Shown: piece by piece, positions 50,680 through 59,077 of the stretch
How positions within the stretch are numbered: position 1 is the first letter of the stretch
How the letters are laid out: each line of letters begins with the position of its first letter
Assembly (NCBI GenBank): GCA_963741595.1
Contig: CAVUIV010000008.1
Coordinates: 172,587-236,586 of the forward strand
DNA: 64,000 bases
Source of the DNA: an uncultured Alphaproteobacteria bacterium
GTDB taxonomy: Bacteria; Pseudomonadota; Alphaproteobacteria; Rhizobiales; Xanthobacteraceae
Direction of reading: 5' to 3'
Made by a program: the position numbers and the translations under genes
Notes under the pieces: model-generated
Seen by the model: the letters and a program-made list of their open reading frames with translations, nothing else
Database searches by the model: none
What the model was told of the DNA's origin: nothing

Positions 50680-52109
50680 TCAGACCTCCGATTCCGATCG
50701 CCGGTAGTCGTCGTCGAACCGCACGATGTCGTCTTCGCCCAGATAGCTGCCGCTCTGCACCTCGATCAGTTCGAGGTCGATCTTGCCCGGGTTCTCCAGG
50801 CGATGCTTTGCACCGATCGGTATATAGGTCGAATTCGTTTTCATGAATGACCCTGGTTTGGTCGCCGACGGTGACCAACGCAGTGCCGCGTACCACGATC
50901 CAGTGTTCGGCGCGATGGTGATGCATCTGCAAGGATAGCCGTCCATGCGGTTTCACCACGATGCGTTTCACCTGATAGCGGCTGCCGTCGTCGAGCGACC
51001 GGTAGGAGCCCCAGGGCCGATGGACCCTGAGATGGTCTTTGATCACCTGCGGCGCGACCTGTCGCAAGTGATCCACCAGCTGCTTCATTCCGTCGACGCT
51101 ATCGCGCCGCGTGACCAGGATGGCGTCCTCGGTGGCGACCACCACCAGATCGTCGACGCCCAGCAGCGCGACCTGCGATTTTTCGGAGAACACATAGCAG
51201 CCGCGGCTGTCGAGGGCGGTGGCCTTGCCGGCAATCGCGTTGTCGGCTGCGTCCTTGGACGCCAGCCGCCAGATCGTTTCCCACGAGCCGACATCGGACC
51301 AGCCGAACGAAACCGGCAGCACCGCGGCGCGCTTGGTCTTCTCCATCACGGCGTAGTCGACCGATATCGCTTTCGCTTGGGCAAACGATATCGGCGTCGA
51401 GGACGATGAAGCCGAGGTCGGTTGTCGCAGCATCGATGGCCGCGGTGACGGCGTTCACCGACGGCGCTTCGACCGCGCGGTATTCATCCAAAAAGACACT
51501 GGCCCGGAATAGGAAGTTTCCGGAATTCCAGAGGTAGCCTTCGGTCATGTAAGAAGCCGCGCGCTCGGCGTTCGGCTTTTCGACGAAGCTGTCGATCCTG
51601 TGGGTTTCGCCCAGCAGCGCCGCTCCGGGCCGGATGTAGCCATAGTCCGTGGCCGCACGATCGGGGCGGATCCCGAACGTGACGATCCATCCGTCATCGG
51701 CGGCCGGCTTTGCCGCGCGACAGGCGGCCGCAAACGCGAGCGGCTCTGCCACCGCGTGGTCGGCGGCCAGGACGATCATGACGGGATCATCGCCGTCGCG
51801 CTGCCGCGCGAAGACGGTGCCGGCGACGATCGCCGGACCCGAGTCGCGGCGGTGCGGTTCGAGCAATATGTCGGCGGCCACTCCGATCTCGCGCAGTTGT
51901 TCGGCGACGAGGAAACGGTATTGCCGATTGGTGATGATGACGGGCCGGCCGAACAAGGCAGGGTCGGATACCCGCAGCACCGTCTCCTGAAATGTCGAGC
52001 GCGGCCCCAACAGCCGCAGAAACTGTTTCGGCCGGTCCTCGCGTGAGGCCGGCCACAGGCGCGTGCCAGCGCCGCCGCACATGATCAAAGGGGTAATGTA
52101 TTCGGCCAT
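50680..52109 (-). pseudogene. manC: Mannose-1-phosphate guanylyltransferase / mannose-6-phosphate isomerase (type II PMI-GMP), about 3 frameshifts
   Basis: MAEYITPLIMCGGAGTRLWPASREDRPKQFL...YLWNSGNFLF is in ORF 51099..52172. SVDYAVMEKT...FGWSDVGSWETIW...RPWGSYRSLDDGSRYQVKRIVVKPHGRLSLQMHHHRAEHWIVVRGTALVTVGD is in ORF 50075..51433. YIPIGAKHRLENPGKIDLELIEVQSGSYLGEDDIVRFDD is in ORF 50680..50946. Confidence 0.9.
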
Positions 52110-52252
52110 CCAAAATACGCTCCGGCTCCGCGACGAACCCTTGGTACACCCACAACGCGCGCCCGGGGTCATTCAGAGCAGAAACGCGCCTTCCAACTCA
52201 AGAGAGGCGCGCACCTTCGGGCTTGCAGATTTCATCATACGTGCCGCCGGCG

Positions 52253-52663
52253 CTATTTGCGCCGGGTCGGGCCGCCGAAATAGTCGGCCGGCAAGACAAG
52301 CTCCCGGCCATGAATCTGCTGGAAGATCGATCTTGGCCTGGTCCCGGGCCGTGGCCTGCTCGTCCGGTGCGAGGTCCTGGCAATGAGGCGCCGCATTTCA
52401 ACATCGGCGGCCGTGATTTCGGGAGATCCGCCGGCCACGATCACCGTCCGCCACGCGCAGGCCAGTGCCCGGCTGGGAGGCGTCCCGTCACAACCCTTCG
52501 CCAGGCATTCGGCGAGGTCGCGCTGAGCGGCGAGGTCACCGCTGAGGGCGCGCTGTCGGAGGTCGGATGCTGCCATGGCATGTCCCGGCTTGGTCGTGAT
52601 CTGGCCTACATACGGCATTCCCACCAGGACCGCAGCTAGTACCAGCATCTTTCCGTTTGCGGT
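52253..52663 (-). CDS. Hypothetical secreted protein (C-terminal third possibly frameshifted)
   Basis: Part of track ORF 52253..52753, starting at MTANGKMLVLAAVLVGMPYVG (signal-like). It continues ALSGDLAAQRDLAECLAKGCDGTPPSRALACAWRTVIVAGG. I recognised no family. Confidence 0.3.
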   Translation of the reverse strand, partial: TANGKMLVLAAVLVGMPYVGQITTKPGHAMAASDLRQRALSGDLAAQRDLAECLAKGCDGTPPSRALACAWRTVIVAGGSPEITAADVEMRRLIARTSHRTSRPRPGTRPRSIFQQIHGRELVLPADYFGGPTRRK

Positions 52664-52915
52664 CATCCGAAGCGTCCTTTGCTGCGCCTGCCGAGGCGGC
52701 ATGGCAATGCGGCGTGTCCGTCTCTCGATCACCATTAGCGCGACTGTCAGCATTGCCGGAACGATCGATGCGAGGCAACTGCGCTACGTTGCCGGAGTTC
52801 CCGTTGGCTGGTCTCCGCGGCAACGGATATTGTCGCTCCGGGCCGCCCGTGGTGCTTACATTGCGCGCCGCCGCCGAAATAGGTAAGGAAACCCGATCCT
52901 AGCGAGGTGCTTCAA

Positions 52916-53677
52916 ATGCCGACGGTCGCGACCCTGAAGGTCAAGCTGTTCACGGACGGCGCTGAAAAGTCTCAGATCCTCGAGATGGCAAAACAGCCCT
53001 GGATCCGGGGTTTTACCACCAATCCCTCGCTGTTGAAAAAAGCCGGGGTCAGTGACTACGCAGCCTATGGGCGCGACCTGGTCGCGGCCGTGCCGGATCG
53101 GCACATCTCGTTCGAGGTGTTTTCCGACGATATCCCGGAGATGGTGGCGCAGGCGCGTGTCATCACGACGTGGGGCGAGAATGTCTACGTCAAGCTGCCG
53201 GTGACCACGACGCGCGGCGAGCCGTTGTTCGATGCGGTACAGCAGCTCTCGCGCGACGGCGTCAAAATCAACATGACGGCGATCTTCACGCGCGACCAAG
53301 CGCAACATGCCATCGCCGCCCTGGCCGGTGGCGCACCGGCGTGCGTGTCGGTGTTCGCCGGGCGCCTTGCCGATTTCGGGATCGATTATCGTCCGATCAT
53401 GGAGGACGCGATCACGCGGGCGCGGGCGACGGCCAATGTTGAGATCATCTGGGCGTCGACCCGCGAGGTGTTCAATGTCGTCGAAGCCGACGCCATGGGG
53501 TGTCACATCATCACGGCGCCCGCGGATATCCTCAAAAAATTGCCGGCGCTGGGCACGCAGGATGGCGTCGCGCTGTCACTCGGCGCGGTGAAAGCATTCC
53601 GCGAGGACGCACTGTCGGCTGGGTTGAGCCTAACGACCGATTCGGCGATCGAGCAGCGCGAGAAATCGCGCGCCTGA
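52916..53677 (+). CDS. Transaldolase-family protein (short transaldolase / fructose-6-phosphate aldolase type)
   Basis: Intact ORF (track 52907..53677). It contains [43 protein letters not shown] (Schiff-base Lys context) and [10 protein letters not shown]. Confidence 0.8.
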   Translation: MPTVATLKVKLFTDGAEKSQILEMAKQPWIRGFTTNPSLLKKAGVSDYAAYGRDLVAAVPDRHISFEVFSDDIPEMVAQARVITTWGENVYVKLPVTTTRGEPLFDAVQQLSRDGVKINMTAIFTRDQAQHAIAALAGGAPACVSVFAGRLADFGIDYRPIMEDAITRARATANVEIIWASTREVFNVVEADAMGCHIITAPADILKKLPALGTQDGVALSLGAVKAFREDALSAGLSLTTDSAIEQREKSRA

Positions 53678-53708
53678 CGGGACCGAAGACGTTCGGAGAG
53701 GGGCCTCA

Positions 53709-54755
53709 ATGTCTGGCAAAGTTGCTCTGATCACCGGTGCCACTGGGCAGGACGGTGCGTATCTGTCCGAATTGCTGCTCGGTAAAGGCTATACCGTCCA
53801 TGGCGTGAAGCGGCGCTCATCATCCTTCAATACCGGGCGCGTCGATCATCTTTATGCCGATCCGCACCAGAAGGGCGTCAAGTTCTTCCTGCATTTTGGC
53901 GACCTCACGGACGCGACCAATCTCATCCGGCTGATTCAGGAAATCCAGCCGGATGAGATCTACAATCTTGCGGCGCAAAGCCACGTCGGGGTGAGCTTCG
54001 AGACCGCCGAATACACCGCGAATGCCGATGCGCTCGGGACGCTGCGCCTGTTGGAGGCCATTCGCATCCTCAAGCTCGAGCCGCGCGTGCGCTTCTATCA
54101 GGCGTCGACCTCCGAGTTATTCGGCAACGCGACCGAAGTGCCGCAGAAGGAAACCACGCCATTTGCGCCGCGCAGCCCCTACGGTGTTGCCAAGCTTTAC
54201 GCCTATTGGATCACGGTCAATTACCGGGAGGCATACGGCATCCACGCCTCGAACGGCATTCTGTTCAATCATGAAAGTCCGGTCCGCGGCGAAACCTTCG
54301 TGACCCGCAAAGTGACGCGCGCGGTTGCGGCGATCGAACGCGGCCTGCAGAAGAAGCTCTTTATCGGCAATCTGGATGCCATCCGCGACTGGGGTCATGC
54401 TCGCGACTATGTCGAAGGCATGTGGATGATGCTTCAGCAGCCGAAGCCCGGCGACTATGTTCTCGCGACTGGAGAAGCCCACACGGTGCGCGAATTGATC
54501 GAGCTCGCCTTTGCGGTGGCCGGCCGGACCATTGCCTGGCGGGGACAGGGGCTGGACGAAGTCGGTACCGACCAAAAGACCGGCGAGGTTCTGATCGAGA
54601 TCGATCCAAACTATTTCCGGCCGACGGAGGTCGACCATTTGCTCGGCGATCCGAGCAAGGCTCACCGTGAACTAGGCTGGCGGCATCGGGTCTCGTTCAG
54701 TGAATTGATTGAGGAAATGGTCAATAGCGATATCCAACAGCTCAAGGATCGATGA
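53709..54755 (+). CDS. gmd: GDP-mannose 4,6-dehydratase
   Basis: Intact 348 aa ORF with [43 protein letters not shown] and [20 protein letters not shown]. Confidence 0.95.
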   Translation: MSGKVALITGATGQDGAYLSELLLGKGYTVHGVKRRSSSFNTGRVDHLYADPHQKGVKFFLHFGDLTDATNLIRLIQEIQPDEIYNLAAQSHVGVSFETAEYTANADALGTLRLLEAIRILKLEPRVRFYQASTSELFGNATEVPQKETTPFAPRSPYGVAKLYAYWITVNYREAYGIHASNGILFNHESPVRGETFVTRKVTRAVAAIERGLQKKLFIGNLDAIRDWGHARDYVEGMWMMLQQPKPGDYVLATGEAHTVRELIELAFAVAGRTIAWRGQGLDEVGTDQKTGEVLIEIDPNYFRPTEVDHLLGDPSKAHRELGWRHRVSFSELIEEMVNSDIQQLKDR

Positions 54756-55720
54756 GTTCAGTCAGCGCCAAGCGCTATGAGTTGCGGGGCAAGCGTGTCT
54801 GGGTCGCCGGACATCGCGGCATGGTGGGAGGCGCCATCGTGCGACGGTTGTCGTCGATGGATTGTGAATGCCTGACGGTGACGCGGAGCGATCTCGATTT
54901 GACGCGGCAGGTGGAGGTCGAGGCGTGGGCCGAAGCAAACAGGCCGCAGGCGGTCTTCGTTGCGGCCGGACGGGTGGGCGGTATCGTCGCCAACAACACG
55001 CAGCCGGTTGACTTCATCTACGACAATCTCCTGATCGAGGCCAACGTGATCGCCACGGCGCATCGCGTCGCCGTGGAAAAGCTGCTGTTCTTGTCTTCGT
55101 CATGCTCCTACCCTCGGCTGGCGTCGCAGCCGATGAACGAGGACGCCTTGCTGACCGGGCCGCTCGAACCCACCAACCAATGGTATGCGATCGCCAAGAT
55201 CGCCGGCATGAAACTCACCGAAGCCTACCGCCGTCAGCACCATGCCGATTTCATCTCGGTATTGCCGACAAACCTGTACGGTCCCGGCGACAACTATCAT
55301 CCCGAGCACAGTCACGTGCCGGCCGCGCTCATCCGCCGCTTCCACGAAGCCAAGGTCGCCGGCCAGCAGGAGGTGTTGGTCTGGGGCACGGGGGCGCCGC
55401 GGCGCGAATTCATGGCCGTCGATGATCTTGCCGATGCCTGCGTGTTTCTCATGCAGAATTATTCCGGTGATCAGGCGCTCAATATCGGAACCGGGACCGA
55501 CACCAGCATCGCCGATTTCGCTCGCTTGGTGGCGGAGGTGGTCGGGTTTTCCGGCAAGATCGTTTTCGACCGAACGCGCCCCGACGGCGCGCCGCAGAAG
55601 CTGCTTGACGTGTCGCGGCTGACGGCGCTCGGCTGGAAGGCGGCGACGCCGCTGCGTGAAGGGCTCGCAGCAGCCTATGCCGACTTCCTGAAAGCGGGTG
55701 CGGCCGCCCGGCTGGCCTGA
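54752..55720 (+). CDS. fcl: GDP-L-fucose synthase (GDP-4-keto-6-deoxy-D-mannose 3,5-epimerase/4-reductase)
   Basis: Intact 322 aa ORF whose start overlaps the gmd stop (ATGA). It contains [54 protein letters not shown] and [23 protein letters not shown]. Confidence 0.95.
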   Translation: MSSVSAKRYELRGKRVWVAGHRGMVGGAIVRRLSSMDCECLTVTRSDLDLTRQVEVEAWAEANRPQAVFVAAGRVGGIVANNTQPVDFIYDNLLIEANVIATAHRVAVEKLLFLSSSCSYPRLASQPMNEDALLTGPLEPTNQWYAIAKIAGMKLTEAYRRQHHADFISVLPTNLYGPGDNYHPEHSHVPAALIRRFHEAKVAGQQEVLVWGTGAPRREFMAVDDLADACVFLMQNYSGDQALNIGTGTDTSIADFARLVAEVVGFSGKIVFDRTRPDGAPQKLLDVSRLTALGWKAATPLREGLAAAYADFLKAGAAARLA

Positions 55721-55896
55721 CCGCAAAAAGTGCTGTTTTGGCAGTGACTGCCGCCAAATCCACAGCGTCAGTCGAGTGTAACTCTCTGACAAAAAATGTG
55801 TTTTACGGTATTTCCGGGCGCGGTCGCCATTCCCGACCGGCTATGTTAGCAAGGCCTGGGGTTGGTCTTAATTCACCTCGCTTGGGGGCGAGCGAC

Positions 55897-56892
55897 ATGC
55901 GACAGACCGCGAACAGTGACGCGGACAAGCTGCTGCGAGTGGGTGTCGTCGGCATCGGCGTCATGGGTAGCAACCATGCGCGGGTGTTTGCCGACCTGCC
56001 GGGCGTCACGCTGGTCGGCGTGGCCGATCCCGAACCGAAGCAGCGCGACATGGTGGCGGATGCCCTCGGCTGCGCCACGTTTCCCGATGTTGATTCTTTG
56101 CTGGCGGCCGGGGTCGACGCTGTCACCATCGCCGCGCCGACGCACCTGCATCGCGAGCTCGCACTGGCCTGCATCGGCCGTGGCGTCCATGTGATGGTCG
56201 AAAAGCCGATCGCTTCGTCGGTCGAGGAGGGGCGCGCGATCATCGCAGCAGCGCGCCGCGCCGGGCTCACATTGATGGTCGGTCACGTCGAGCGCTTCAA
56301 TCCGGCAGTTCAGACCATCAAGGAGGCGATCCGCGGCGAGGACATTCTGTCGATCGCGATTACCCGGGTCGGTCCGTTCCCGCCGCGCATGTCGAATGTC
56401 GGCGTCGTGATCGACCTTGCGGTCCACGATATCGACCTGATTAGCTGGTTCACCGACTCGCAAATCGTCGAGGTGCAGCCACAGCTCAAGAGCGCGGTGG
56501 CGGAGCGCGAAGATATCGCCTTACTCCAATTCCGCACCGCCTCGGGCGTGCTCGCCCATATCAACACCAACTGGCTGACGCCGTTCAAGGCGCGCAGCGT
56601 GACGGTGGCGACCCGCGACAAGTACATCACGGGCGATCTGCTGACCCGTCAGGTCACCGAGTGCTTCGGCTTCCAGCGTGACGGTAGCTATTCGATGCGC
56701 CATCTCTCGGTTGGTCACGCCGAGCCGCTGCGGGCGGAATTGCAGTCGTTCGTGACAGCGATCCGTACCGGCGATGCGCCGCCGGTAACCGGCGAAGACG
56801 GAGTGGCGTGCCTCGAAGTCGCGACGCGATGTTTGCAGCACAGCCCGGCGCAGCCATCAGCCCAGCGCGGTCCGCGCCTGCTGACGGGTTGA
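55897..56892 (+). CDS. Gfo/Idh/MocA-family NAD-dependent sugar-nucleotide oxidoreductase (GnnA/WbpB-like)
   Basis: Within track ORF 55738..56892, from the ATG at 55897: LRVGVVGIGVMGSNHARVFADLPGVTLVGVAD...VMVEKPIASSVEEGRAII...MVGHVERFNP. Confidence 0.8.
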   Translation: MRQTANSDADKLLRVGVVGIGVMGSNHARVFADLPGVTLVGVADPEPKQRDMVADALGCATFPDVDSLLAAGVDAVTIAAPTHLHRELALACIGRGVHVMVEKPIASSVEEGRAIIAAARRAGLTLMVGHVERFNPAVQTIKEAIRGEDILSIAITRVGPFPPRMSNVGVVIDLAVHDIDLISWFTDSQIVEVQPQLKSAVAEREDIALLQFRTASGVLAHINTNWLTPFKARSVTVATRDKYITGDLLTRQVTECFGFQRDGSYSMRHLSVGHAEPLRAELQSFVTAIRTGDAPPVTGEDGVACLEVATRCLQHSPAQPSAQRGPRLLTG

Positions 56893-56931
56893 CCGAGTTA
56901 GAGTGGTCTTTCGATGAATTAGCAGGTCCGG

Positions 56932-58068
56932 TTGGACAATACTCCGATCCCGTTCATTGACGTCGCGGCGCAACGGCGGCGGCTTGGCGATGCGATCGAT
57001 CAGGCGATCGCGCGCGTGCTCAGCCATTGCCAATTCATCCTCGGTCCGGAGGTGCACGCGGTCGAAGCCGACTTGGCGGCGTTCTGCGGCGCTCGCCACG
57101 CCATTACTTGCGCCAGCGGGACCGACGCCTTGCTGATGCCGCTGATGGCGAAGGGCATTGGCCCGGGCGATGCGGTGTTCACGCCGGCGTTCACCTTCTA
57201 CGCAACCGCCGAAGTGGCGGCTCTGGTCGGCGCGACCCCGGTGCTGGTGGACGTCGAGGAGGGGAGCTTCAACCTCGATCCGAACAGCCTCGCGCGGGCA
57301 ATCCCCGTGGCGCGCAAGCACGGTCTGAAACCGAAGGCCGTCATTCCCGTCGACCTGTTCGGACAACCCGCCGATCATGCCGCGGTCGCCGCCATCGCCG
57401 AGGCGGAGAGTCTGTTCGTGATCGACGATGCCGCGCAGGCGTTCGGTGCGACCTATCGCAATCGCAAGATCGGAACCTTGGGGAGCGCGACCGGCACCAG
57501 CTTTTTTCCAGCCAAGCCGCTCGGCTGCTACGGCGACGGTGGTGCGGTGTTCACCGATGACGACGAACTGGCGGAAATCCTGCGCAGCATCCGCGTGCAT
57601 GGCGAAGGCCGCGGCAAATATGATTGCGTCCGTATCGGGCTGAACGGTCGCTTCGACACCGTCCAAGCCGCGATACTGATCGAGAAGCTCAAGATATTCC
57701 CCGATGAGATCGCGGCGCGCGGGCGTATTGCCGCGCGGTATTCGGCGGCGCTCGCCGACGTTACGACGATACCGCGCGTGGCCGAAGGCTCGACCTCGGT
57801 GTGGGCGCAGTACACCATTCGCGTTCCGGCGGAGCGGCGAGACGGCTTCGCGGCAACGCTCAAGGCGCAGGGCATTCCGACCGCGATCCATTACCCCAAG
57901 CCCGTTCACGGCCAGAGCGCTTACCGTCATTGTCCAGTGGCGGAGGGCGGATTGCCGGTCTCAGAGCGCCTCGCAACCGAGGTCATCAGCCTGCCGATGC
58001 ATGCCTATCTCGAGCCGCCGGTGCAGGACCGCATCATCGCGGCGGTGCGGCGCGCGCTTGGCGGGTAG
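56932..58068 (+). CDS. DegT/DnrJ/EryC1/StrS-family PLP-dependent sugar aminotransferase (GnnB/WbpE-like)
   Basis: Intact 378 aa ORF with IPFIDVAAQRRRLGDAIDQAI, CASGTDALLM, DDAAQAFGATY and SFFPAKPLGCYGDGGAVFT (PLP-Lys context). Confidence 0.85.
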   Translation: MDNTPIPFIDVAAQRRRLGDAIDQAIARVLSHCQFILGPEVHAVEADLAAFCGARHAITCASGTDALLMPLMAKGIGPGDAVFTPAFTFYATAEVAALVGATPVLVDVEEGSFNLDPNSLARAIPVARKHGLKPKAVIPVDLFGQPADHAAVAAIAEAESLFVIDDAAQAFGATYRNRKIGTLGSATGTSFFPAKPLGCYGDGGAVFTDDDELAEILRSIRVHGEGRGKYDCVRIGLNGRFDTVQAAILIEKLKIFPDEIAARGRIAARYSAALADVTTIPRVAEGSTSVWAQYTIRVPAERRDGFAATLKAQGIPTAIHYPKPVHGQSAYRHCPVAEGGLPVSERLATEVISLPMHAYLEPPVQDRIIAAVRRALGG

Positions 58069-58307
58069 CGTCAGCACCGCGCGCGCGACCCTGATCAATT
58101 CCGACCGACGTTGACTGTGGCACGACGCATCGTTTGCGTTCGCGGCGGCGCGCATCGATCCGATTTCGGACGGCGCAAGGTATGTCTGTACTCCGACGCC
58201 GATATTGGACCGCGGAGAAGTTCCCGCGCGCTGTGAACAACCGCGAAGTGGTCACACTCGCATGGCGTAGTCGGTCGCTGATTCGAGACGACAAGGGGGA
58301 GATCAGG

Positions 58308-58643
58308 ATGTCGGTATTTCCGAAGATCGAACACGGCGCGGCCCGGGTTGCGGACGTGACCGAGAACATCCAGGAGTTCGTTCGTCAGCAACAATTGGTG
58401 GCCGACGGTCAGGAGGTCGCAAGCAATCTTGCCTCACTGCTCCAACAGGCAGCCGGAAGCTCGGTGCGCGAGGTCGATAACCTGGTCGCCGAACTCGAAA
58501 AGCTGCGCGAAAAGTTGCAGCGGGATGGAGCTCGCGTCCAGCAAGATTTGCTGGAATACGCGACGTTCACGCAATCCACCCTGAACTCGACGAAGGTCAT
58601 TTCTGAATCGCTGCGGAGCCGGTTTCCAACGCGCTCCACGTGA
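58308..58643 (+). CDS. Small hypothetical coiled-coil protein (111 aa)
   Basis: The internal ATG of track ORF 58134..58643 is preceded by AAGGGGGAG. The sequence is MSVFPKIEHGAARVADVTENIQEFVRQQQLVADGQEVASNLASLLQQAAGSSVREVDNLVAELEKLREKLQRDGARVQQDLLEY.... I recognised no family. Confidence 0.4.
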   Translation: MSVFPKIEHGAARVADVTENIQEFVRQQQLVADGQEVASNLASLLQQAAGSSVREVDNLVAELEKLREKLQRDGARVQQDLLEYATFTQSTLNSTKVISESLRSRFPTRST

Positions 58644-58650
58644 GTTGACG

Positions 58651-58851
58651 TCAGTTCGAACTGGCCTTTGCGGCGCGCGGGGACGCCGATGCTGCAGACG
58701 CGCAGAATGCGTCGTAGCCGTAGCGGGCCCGGTGCAGCCGGCTGATGGCTCCAAGGGCAGACTCGATCGCCTCCAAGTCCTCGGCCGCGAAGGCGGCGCG
58801 GAACTGCTCTTTCGCAGCATCCATGAGCATGGCGAAGGCGGCGGGCGACAT
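58651..58851 (-). CDS. Small hypothetical protein (66 aa)
   Basis: Internal ATG of track ORF 58651..58902: MSPAAFAMLMDAAKEQFRAAFAAEDLEAIESALGAISRLHRARYGYDAFCASAA.... It is convergent with the previous ORF, with a 7-nt gap. Confidence 0.3.
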   Translation of the reverse strand: MSPAAFAMLMDAAKEQFRAAFAAEDLEAIESALGAISRLHRARYGYDAFCASAASASPRAAKASSN

Positions 58852-59077
58852 TGTTGCGTTCCATCTCGATCGCTCACAGGTTGGTCCGCCAGCCGTTAGC
58901 AAATCGTTATCGTCGAACGCGCGGGTCGGGCTATCCTGTTCGCAGGCGACACGTCCTCAGTCCCTCATTTGCGAGCGAAATCCCTTTGGCGCAGGCCTCC
59001 AGGGATGAAAAAGCGAACTTCGTTATGTTTTTTCCGATACCAAGGGACTGCGAAGGGGGCAGGGGCACCGAGGGTCC

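Noticed and set aside
10517-52109. Programmed ribosomal frameshifting or other recoding as an explanation for the split genes
   Set aside because: There are far too many events (dozens) in unrelated gene families. I noticed no recurring slippery heptamer or downstream structure, and both +1 and -1 changes occur, including compensating pairs. Indel error or decay fits better.
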